This document shows, piece by piece, positions 57,457 to 64,000 of a stretch of DNA of 64,000 bases (position 1 is the stretch's first letter; every line of letters starts with the position of its first letter). The position numbers were made by a program, and so were the translations under genes. Origin of the DNA: SAR86 cluster bacterium (GTDB taxonomy: Bacteria; Pseudomonadota; Gammaproteobacteria; Magnimaribacterales; TMED112); assembly GCA_023703555.1 (NCBI GenBank), contig CP097968.1:842307-906306 (forward strand), read 5' to 3'. Below the pieces are notes generated by a model. The model made no database searches and was not told where the DNA came from. It was given only the letters and a program-made list of their open reading frames with translations.

Positions 57457-58538
57457 TTTTTGTTTGCAAAGTCAATGATTGTCTCTTTTGCATTCGTGAA
57501 TTTATCCAAAAACTTCATTCCTGAAGATAGCATCAACTCAGATATGCCTGACATATTACTGAAAGCTCCAAAGAGACTTTGAATAATCCATGTCATTTGA
57601 AGATTCTTTTTATTTCTAGTCTTATTATATTTTTCCAAAGCGTTATTATCAGCATTCAATATTGCTTTTAAGTCGTATGAAATCTGCATTATGTCTCCAA
57701 TACCTAAATTCAGACTCTGACCAGCCATTGGATGAAATGAGTTTGAAGCATCCCCGCATAAAACAATCCTGTTTGAAAAAAGTTTTTTAGCACGCACATG
57801 TTTTAATTCAATACCTCCCACAAGAGGTTCTATTTTTGTTGATGCCTTGGCTAAGTCAAATCTATGTAGAAGTGATATGAGCTCTTTACGGGCGTCTTCA
57901 TTTGTATTTGTACAAAATATGACAGAATAGCAATCGTCAAAAGGTAAAAAAGCAAGCGTTCCTGATTTTAAAAAGTACTGTCGGGCAATATTTTGATGGT
58001 CATATTTAATCCTAGTGATATAAACTCTTTGGCCATAAAACCACTCTTCAGTATCAAAATTACTCATAACTCTAACTTTTGAGTTAGACCCATCTGTGGC
58101 AAAAAGAATAGAGCCTTTAATATTTTTATCACGAGCCTTAACAAGGATGGAATCTTCACACTCTTCAATTTCTTCAATCCTAGAATTCCATAGGATATCT
58201 CCATCTAATCCTTCATGAAGTTTTGAGCTGAGCTTATCAAGGGAACAAATTGTTGTTAACTTTGTTTGATCGACGTAGTTGAGCGATGTGTTAAGGTCTT
58301 TATCTTGGTAGAGCTGCATTTTTTTAACAGGCGTCCCCCACTGATTGATATTAATTCTTCTATCTACAGAATTTAAAAATGAGACTGAATCTTTTGTTAA
58401 AGCAACAGTCCTTGCAGGACTTAATTCAAAACTATTCTTTTCCTCTAATATTACAAATGGTATTTTCTTTTGTTTTAAGAATTTTCCAAGCAGCGAGCCC
58501 ACTACTCCCGCACCAACAATAATAACTGGTTGTGTCAT
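57453..58538 (-). CDS. FAD-dependent monooxygenase, UbiH/UbiF/VisC family
   Basis: 361 aa with VIIVGAGVVGS (GxGxxG) and CGDASNSFHPMAGQSLNLGIGD. It follows pepP as in the enterobacterial pepP-ubiH synteny. Confidence 0.8.
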   Translation of the reverse strand: MTQPVIIVGAGVVGSLLGKFLKQKKIPFVILEEKNSFELSPARTVALTKDSVSFLNSVDRRININQWGTPVKKMQLYQDKDLNTSLNYVDQTKLTTICSLDKLSSKLHEGLDGDILWNSRIEEIEECEDSILVKARDKNIKGSILFATDGSNSKVRVMSNFDTEEWFYGQRVYITRIKYDHQNIARQYFLKSGTLAFLPFDDCYSVIFCTNTNEDARKELISLLHRFDLAKASTKIEPLVGGIELKHVRAKKLFSNRIVLCGDASNSFHPMAGQSLNLGIGDIMQISYDLKAILNADNNALEKYNKTRNKKNLQMTWIIQSLFGAFSNMSGISELMLSSGMKFLDKFTNAKETIIDFANKN

Positions 58539-59836
58539 TAACTTTTCATTAAAGCTTCTATAGCGTCTGGCTCAGAAGGTACTGTTTGTGTTAAATTTTC
58601 GTAACCTAACTTAGTGGCCAGTATATCGTTTTCAAGACGGATACCAATACCCTTCCATCTCTCATCAACATCTGCAGAATCGTTAATGTATATTCCTGGC
58701 TCAATTGTCATAACCATATTTTCTTGGAATTTTATATCTTCACCATTAATTGAGTATGGACAATCATCATGAACATCTAACCCTAGCCAATGTCCAATCT
58801 TGTGATAGTAAAATTCTCTAAACAATTTCTTCTCTAAAATTTCATCTAAGCTTCCATGCAGAAGGCCGATATCTTTTAAACCCTGAGACAAAACAGTTTC
58901 TGACTCTATTTGTGGTTCAAGACAAGATGCTCCAACTTTTATTGCCTGACATGCTTTATTGTGTGCCTCAAGGACAATATTGTAAATTTCTCTTTGTTCA
59001 GAGGAGTATTTCCCATTAATTGGAAAGGTCCTGGTAATGTCTGATGCATATAAACCATATTCACAGCCAGCATCTACCAGAACCATATCTCCATCATTTA
59101 TAGTCTTGTTATTATCAATGTAGTGCAAAACGCAGGCATTTTTCCCTCCCGCAACAATTGGATTATATGAAGGAAACCTGGAGCCTCCTTTTTTAAACTC
59201 ATTTAAATACATTGATTCTAAGTCAAATTCAGTCATTCCCAATTTGGCATTTTTCATAACATTAATGTGTGCATTAGATGCAATCTCACATGACTTTCTC
59301 ATTAACTCTATTTCTTCATTGCTCTTAATTAACCTCTTCATACCAAGGGTATTAGAAAAATCTTTTAAGTTAATATTTTCTTGGTGTCTTTCCATAGAGT
59401 TTGCCTTACTCATCCATGAAATAAGCTTGTTATCAAAAAGCGTGTCCTTACCAATTAAACTGTAAAGGTTTGACAGACCTTGAATCAAAGTTGGTATCAA
59501 CTCGTCAGCTAATTTGATATCAAATGTTTTATCAAAATGAAATTCTTGTTTTGCTCCTTCAAGGCCAAACATAAACCCATCCCATTTTTCAAGATCAGGA
59601 TTCTTTTCACGACAAAATAATATGCTCTCACCACTACTCATCAATAGCATTATTGAATCTGGTTCTTCAAAGCCAGTAAGGTAATAGAAATTACTGTCTT
59701 GCCTAAAAGGAAATGTTGTATCATTATTTCTTAGAATCGTCGAAGATGAATTTAACAAAAGAACTGAGTTATCCTCCATATCTTTTGCAAGATTTAGTCT
59801 GCGATTCTTAAAAAAATTAATATTAATATCTGTCAT
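58538..59836 (-). CDS. pepP: Xaa-Pro aminopeptidase
   Basis: 432 aa with an N-terminal FRQDSNFYYLTGF and M24 metal ligands (VLVDAGCEYGLYASDITRT, HKIGHWLGLDVHD, MTIEPG). Confidence 0.9.
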   Translation of the reverse strand: MTDININFFKNRRLNLAKDMEDNSVLLLNSSSTILRNNDTTFPFRQDSNFYYLTGFEEPDSIMLLMSSGESILFCREKNPDLEKWDGFMFGLEGAKQEFHFDKTFDIKLADELIPTLIQGLSNLYSLIGKDTLFDNKLISWMSKANSMERHQENINLKDFSNTLGMKRLIKSNEEIELMRKSCEIASNAHINVMKNAKLGMTEFDLESMYLNEFKKGGSRFPSYNPIVAGGKNACVLHYIDNNKTINDGDMVLVDAGCEYGLYASDITRTFPINGKYSSEQREIYNIVLEAHNKACQAIKVGASCLEPQIESETVLSQGLKDIGLLHGSLDEILEKKLFREFYYHKIGHWLGLDVHDDCPYSINGEDIKFQENMVMTIEPGIYINDSADVDERWKGIGIRLENDILATKLGYENLTQTVPSEPDAIEALMKS

Positions 59837-59847
59837 AGACGCATATT

Positions 59848-60027
59848 ATGCACGAAAAAATAAAAAAGTTATCACTTCTTGTAGATAAACTGATTGAGCA
59901 AAATTTCAAGCTTAAAACAGAAAATAAATCATTAGTAAATAGAGTTGGGGCTATGGAGAAAGAAATATCTGGCTTAACTAAGGAAAATCAAAATTTAGTT
60001 ATTGAGCAAAATAACGATAATGAGTGA
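59848..60027 (+). CDS. Small coiled-coil protein (TIGR02449/ZapB-like), below the ORF-track length cut-off
   Basis: My own translation is MHEKIKKLSLLVDKLIEQNFKLKTENKSLVNRVGAMEKEISGLTKENQNLVIEQNNDNE (59 aa), with a heptad pattern. It sits divergent from pepP, where pseudomonads carry a TIGR02449-type gene next to zapA. It overlaps the next gene by 8 nt. Confidence 0.45.
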   Translation: MHEKIKKLSLLVDKLIEQNFKLKTENKSLVNRVGAMEKEISGLTKENQNLVIEQNNDNE

Positions 60028-61054
60028 TCAGTTTAGTGGGGTTAAAGATGTTAGTGAGCATCTTAAATTTGATTTAACGCACCTTAATACTTATCTTGAA
60101 GAAAATTTAGCTAGTATTGGTAGGGTTTTAGACTACAAGCAGTTTAAAGGCGGGCAATCTAATCCAACATACTTATTGGAGGCAGAGAAAGGGAAATTTG
60201 TTTTAAGAAGAAAGCCCCCTGGAAGTCTATTGAAATCTGCCCATGCAGTTGACAGAGAATACAGAGTTCTCACATCTTTGATGGATACAGACGTTCCTAC
60301 TCCCAAAACTTTTTTACTTTGTGAAGATGACAAAGTAATAGGAACTCAATTCTACATTATGGAGTTTTCAGAGGGAGTAATATATTGGGATCCTTTAGCT
60401 TCTGAAGCAGAGAAAGACAAAAGAAAAAAAATATTTGATGAGATGAATAAAGGAATTGCACTTTTACACCTTCAAGATATAAATAAAATTGGTTTAAATG
60501 ATTTTGGTAAAGAAGGGAACTATATTGAGAGGCAAATCTCTAGGTGGACAAGGCAGTATATTGACTCAGAGACTGAAAAAATTGATTCCATGCATAGACT
60601 TATTGAGTGGTTGCCAAAAAAAATACCTGATCAAAAATATACTTCTATCGTTCATGGTGACTATCGGCTAGACAATATTGTCTTTGATGGGTCAAATAAT
60701 AGTATTGCAATTCTTGATTGGGAACTCTCCACAATAGGAGACCCACTTGCAGACTTTGCATATCACTGCTTACTTTGGCATATCGGTGATATATCAGTTT
60801 CAGCAGCTTCTGAGATTGGAATTTTCTCGGAAAAGGAGTACTTAGAAAATTATCTTCGAAGAACAAATTTTAAGCTTGAGAATGATTGGAACTTTTATAT
60901 AATTTTTTCTCTTTTTAAAGTTGCTGGAATCTGCCAAGGAATTCTTGGCAGAGTAAGAGATGGAACTGCTTCAAGTGATTTTGCAATACAAATGGGCAAA
61001 CGCGCCAAAATGTTTGCTGATTTAGGTTGGGAGAAGGCCAAAAAAATATTATGA
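60020..61054 (+). CDS. Phosphotransferase-family protein (APH/choline-kinase-like fold)
   Basis: Brenner and catalytic motifs HGDYRLDNIVF and ILDWELSTIGDPLADFA. The start was moved from TTG 60002 to ATG 60020 (MSDQFSG...). Confidence 0.8.
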   Translation: MSDQFSGVKDVSEHLKFDLTHLNTYLEENLASIGRVLDYKQFKGGQSNPTYLLEAEKGKFVLRRKPPGSLLKSAHAVDREYRVLTSLMDTDVPTPKTFLLCEDDKVIGTQFYIMEFSEGVIYWDPLASEAEKDKRKKIFDEMNKGIALLHLQDINKIGLNDFGKEGNYIERQISRWTRQYIDSETEKIDSMHRLIEWLPKKIPDQKYTSIVHGDYRLDNIVFDGSNNSIAILDWELSTIGDPLADFAYHCLLWHIGDISVSAASEIGIFSEKEYLENYLRRTNFKLENDWNFYIIFSLFKVAGICQGILGRVRDGTASSDFAIQMGKRAKMFADLGWEKAKKIL

Positions 61055-61830
61055 GTAACATAAAAACTCTGCTTGATGGAATGTGGGAAAACTACATTTC
61101 ATATACTCCATCGGCAGCTAAAATAGCCAAGCTTTTTAATGAGGAATTAGTAAATGATCACATTGCTTTTAGAACTCTAAATTTAGCGGAATGTAATATA
61201 CATAAACAGGCAAACTATTTGTCTCAATTTGGTTATAGAGTTAGAGGCGATTATTATTTTGAACAAAAAAAATTAAATGCCATCCATCTAGAGAATGAAA
61301 ATAGTAGCCTGCCAAAAATATTTTTATCAGAACTGATGTTGGAGAAATTTTCATCTGAGCTTAGTGATTCTTTCAAGAAAATTTTTAACTCCATAAATGT
61401 CTCAAACAAAGATTTATTTTTGGGCGGCAGATCATGGAACATTGACTATGAGATTTACAAAAGACTCTCAAAGGAATCAGAATATGCCTCATGGTTTTAT
61501 GTGTGGGGCTTTTGCCCAAACCATTTTACGGTTTCGATTAATCATTTAAATGCATACCAGGATATTGTAGAAGTTAATGATATGCTTAAGGCGAATGGCT
61601 TTACTCTCAATGGATTTGGAGGTGAGGTAAAAGGGACTAAGGAAGAACTATTAGAACAATCGTCAATTATGGCTGACAAAATAAAGGTAACATTTGATGC
61701 TAATGAGGAAATTGTACCAAGCTGTTATTACGAATTTGCTAAGCGTTATCCTGATAGCTCAGGCAAGACCTACCAGGGTTTTGTGCCAACTTCTGCTGAT
61801 AAAATCTTTGAAAGCACTAATAAAGTTTAG
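61051..61830 (+). CDS. DUF1338 protein (HglS-like 2-oxoadipate dioxygenase/decarboxylase family)
   Basis: VNDHIAFRTL (a metal-binding His motif typical of DUF1338), with ATG 61051 overlapping the upstream stop (ATGA). The track start at 61027 is rejected. Confidence 0.6.
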   Translation: MSNIKTLLDGMWENYISYTPSAAKIAKLFNEELVNDHIAFRTLNLAECNIHKQANYLSQFGYRVRGDYYFEQKKLNAIHLENENSSLPKIFLSELMLEKFSSELSDSFKKIFNSINVSNKDLFLGGRSWNIDYEIYKRLSKESEYASWFYVWGFCPNHFTVSINHLNAYQDIVEVNDMLKANGFTLNGFGGEVKGTKEELLEQSSIMADKIKVTFDANEEIVPSCYYEFAKRYPDSSGKTYQGFVPTSADKIFESTNKV

Positions 61831-61900
61831 TTTACTTTTAAAGGTATATTTTGCATTACTGCCTAGACGAAAATTAAAAAATTTTGTTAAATTCATAATT

Positions 61901-62299
61901 ATGTATAAATTCTATTTATATATCTTAATTTTATTTTATTCATTAGAGATTGATGCAAATGAAAACTGCAATGCTAACGATCCAGATTTAACTGCTCTGT
62001 GCAATACTCTTGAAACTTCTGAGGATCTTCTCAATACCATGCTTCTTTTAGCAGGAGCTGGTGTAGTACTTATGGTTGCTACTGGTGGTGCTGGGTTAGG
62101 CGCTGAAGCAGGCAATGATGTTGAAGATACAAATTCTTCACTCACATATTATTTTACTGGCGACAAAATTGTTTTCGAAGGACACCATAGATTTGAAAAT
62201 TTAGAAATAAATTTTTCTAATCCTGTGAAGCTAAGTGAATATCAAAAATTCTATCAACAAAATGATGATCACTACATAGGCTTTACTTGGAGATTTTAA
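61901..62299 (+). CDS. Small secreted/membrane protein of unknown family, paralog A
   Basis: 132 aa from ATG 61901 (MYKFYLYILILFYSLEIDA...), with a second hydrophobic Gly/Ala-rich segment and C-terminal ...HYIGFTWRF. The track ORF start at 61694 is an upstream extension overlapping the DUF1338 gene. Confidence 0.55.
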   Translation: MYKFYLYILILFYSLEIDANENCNANDPDLTALCNTLETSEDLLNTMLLLAGAGVVLMVATGGAGLGAEAGNDVEDTNSSLTYYFTGDKIVFEGHHRFENLEINFSNPVKLSEYQKFYQQNDDHYIGFTWRF

Positions 62300-62640
62300 T
62301 GAAAAAAATTTTAATATTGTTGACGTTCTTTTTTGCTATAAAATTTGAAGCTGGAGAGTCTCCAGTGACTGATGATGATGTGAATAAATTATTTACAGCT
62401 ATGATCGTTGCAGGTAGTCTAGCGTTTATAGTAGCTTACAATAGTCAGACTGCTGATGAACCTGATTCCAACGATTATATGTTTTACGATAAGCAAAACA
62501 ATTCGATAATTTTTTCAGAGGCTTCAGGACTTGAAAATTTTGAAGTAAATTTTTCTAATCAAGTGACTCAAGACATGATTCTGACCAATAACTTATTTGC
62601 TGAAGAAAACCTATATATCGGCTTTAAATATCGGTTTTAA
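62299..62640 (+). CDS. Small secreted/membrane protein of unknown family, paralog B
   Basis: 113 aa from ATG 62299 (MKKILILLTFFFAIKFEA...), overlapping the paralog A stop (TAATG). It shares LENFEVNFSNQV and the C-terminal LYIGFKYRF with paralog A. Confidence 0.55.
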   Translation: MKKILILLTFFFAIKFEAGESPVTDDDVNKLFTAMIVAGSLAFIVAYNSQTADEPDSNDYMFYDKQNNSIIFSEASGLENFEVNFSNQVTQDMILTNNLFAEENLYIGFKYRF

Positions 62641-63031
62641 CTTCTAAATAAAGCTCTTTAATAAAATCATGCTTATTGATGTCTGGATCTGGCATTAAAT
62701 AGCCATCAATTTCGCCACTTACATTAGCCCAATCAATAATATCTAGATCTAGAGTTCTGCTAGTAAACTTATTATTCGGATCTCGTATTCGACCGCACCT
62801 AATCTCAATTTCTTTAAGTTGTTTCAAAGTATTTGAAAAATTCATATTTGTACTGCAAAGCATCACCTGGTTTAAAAAGTCATCTCCATCAAAACCTTGG
62901 GCTATGGTTTTTTTAATGGAACTTTCTTTGATGATAGCAATATTGGAAGAATTATTTAGTTCCTTTTTGCCCTTTGCTAGATTGATGCTTGGCTCTATAT
63001 TTGAACCCAATAACACAAAGAAATTATTCAT
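62624..63031 (-). CDS. folK: 2-amino-4-hydroxy-6-hydroxymethyldihydropteridine diphosphokinase
   Basis: 135 aa with VLLGSNIEP, RIRDPNNKFTSRTLDLDII (the HPPK pattern) and MPDPD. Confidence 0.8.
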   Translation of the reverse strand: MNNFFVLLGSNIEPSINLAKGKKELNNSSNIAIIKESSIKKTIAQGFDGDDFLNQVMLCSTNMNFSNTLKQLKEIEIRCGRIRDPNNKFTSRTLDLDIIDWANVSGEIDGYLMPDPDINKHDFIKELYLEVKTDI

Positions 63032-63395
63032 AATCAGATGCTGTACGCACTATTATGACCCCTACATCCTGAGAAAATCTTAACGCTCCTGGCTTTGAGA
63101 CCCTGAGTTTAATCCAGTTTACGTCAAAATCTGTTATCACCATTTCTGCAATTTTTTCAGCAAACGTTTCAACAAGCTCAAATTTATTTTCTTCAATAAA
63201 AGCTATAATTTTTTTCGTAATTGTCTTGTAGTCTGTGGTGGCTTCAATCTTATCTTCTTTTGAGGCTGATAAATTATCGTGATCTATCTCATAAGAAAGA
63301 CTAATTTCTTGTTTTATTTTCTTCTCCCAGTCAAAAATACCTATCGTGCCTTTAACACGTAAGTCTTCGACATAGATTCGGTCTTTCTTAATCAT
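63024..63395 (-). CDS. folB: Dihydroneopterin aldolase
   Basis: 123 aa with IYVEDLRVKGTIGIFDWEK...TTDYKTI, typical of FolB. Overlaps folK by 8 nt. Confidence 0.8.
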   Translation of the reverse strand: MIKKDRIYVEDLRVKGTIGIFDWEKKIKQEISLSYEIDHDNLSASKEDKIEATTDYKTITKKIIAFIEENKFELVETFAEKIAEMVITDFDVNWIKLRVSKPGALRFSQDVGVIIVRTASDYE

Positions 63396-64000
63396 AAAGC
63401 TCTCCTAAAGGCCATCTTGGTCTAGCTGAATTTGTATTGTATTTTGGTAGATTATATTTTTTTCTGATGTATCCAGCAAAAGCGATCATAGCTGCATTAT
63501 CAGTGCAGAACTCTAAGCTTGGGAAGCTTACAGTAACATTCTCTTCCTTGGCTAAACATTTAAGCTTCTCACGTAAATTAAAATTTGCTGCAACACCACC
63601 TGAGCATACAAGCCTTGATTGTTTTGTTTGATGCAGTGCAAGTTGAAGTTTTTTTATTAAAACATCACAAACTGCCTCCTGAAAAGATGCAGCTACATCG
63701 GGATAATCTTTTTTTTCTAAATCTTCAAGCGCATATAGAACCGAAGTTTTTATTCCACTAAAACTAAAATTAAGATTTTTTTCATTCATTAATGCACGTG
63801 GAAAACTGAACCTAGAACTGTTGCCTGATTGTGCAAGTTTTGAAATTTTTGGCCCTCCTGGGTATGAGAGCCCCAATAGTTTGCCAACTTTGTCAAATGC
63901 TTCACCGCAAGCATCATCAATTGTTTCTCCTAAAATTTCGTAGTCGCCGTAAGCCTTACAATTCAATATTTGGGTGTGTCCACCTGAAACTAACAAACAT
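63388..64000 (-). CDS. tsaD: tRNA N6-adenosine threonylcarbamoyltransferase, 5' end cut by window edge
   Basis: (L)LVSGGHTQI...DDACGEAFDKVGKLLGLSYPGGP...SGGVAAN are canonical TsaD/Kae1 motifs. The frame continues open past base 64000, so the track's TTG start is not the true start. Confidence 0.9.
   Translation of the reverse strand, partial: CLLVSGGHTQILNCKAYGDYEILGETIDDACGEAFDKVGKLLGLSYPGGPKISKLAQSGNSSRFSFPRALMNEKNLNFSFSGIKTSVLYALEDLEKKDYPDVAASFQEAVCDVLIKKLQLALHQTKQSRLVCSGGVAANFNLREKLKCLAKEENVTVSFPSLEFCTDNAAMIAFAGYIRKKYNLPKYNTNSARPRWPLGELYD

Noticed and set aside
61694-61900. Upstream 69-codon extension of the track ORF 61694-62299.
   Set aside because: It overlaps the 3' end of the DUF1338 gene in another frame. 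The product only becomes signal-peptide-like from ATG 61901, and the paralogous neighbour confirms the short form.

Overview
Visibly AT-rich, extremely gene-dense bacterial chromosome segment: about 69 CDS, 2 tRNAs, no rRNA, no CRISPR, and no transposase, integrase or phage genes. Gene content and synteny (miaA-hflKC-purA, aroKB, tyrS/mepM/anmK/erpA, pepP-ubiH, folKB-tsaD, pcnB) indicate a gammaproteobacterium. The compaction and TonB-dependent receptor (TBDR) load suggest a streamlined marine lineage such as SAR86, but that is inference only. Housekeeping genes occupy about 1-26 kb and 43-64 kb. The most accessory-looking block is about 26.4-43.2 kb. It is punctuated by orphan tRNA-Ala(UGC) and tRNA-Ile(GAU) and carries three TBDRs with unusual partners: (a) a 980-aa lipoprotein with a Pro/Thr linker and two copies of a roughly 450-aa uncharacterised module, followed by its own terminator and a TBDR that abuts arsC and an aquaporin; (b) a TBDR with five His/Asp/Glu-rich inserts preceded by a small His/Cys-motif protein; (c) a TBDR followed by an e(P4)/class C acid phosphatase and a TLC-like (ATP:ADP-translocase-like) transporter. 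Other points: zinc-independent forms of DksA and ribosomal protein L31; a GT4/methyltransferase/alpha-alpha-toroid operon next to lipid A and Kdo genes; tandem paralogous small secreted proteins of unknown family; loss of hfq-hflX from the miaA-hflK junction; many overlapping convergent gene ends. All functional calls rest on motif recognition in the supplied translations. No database search was possible.
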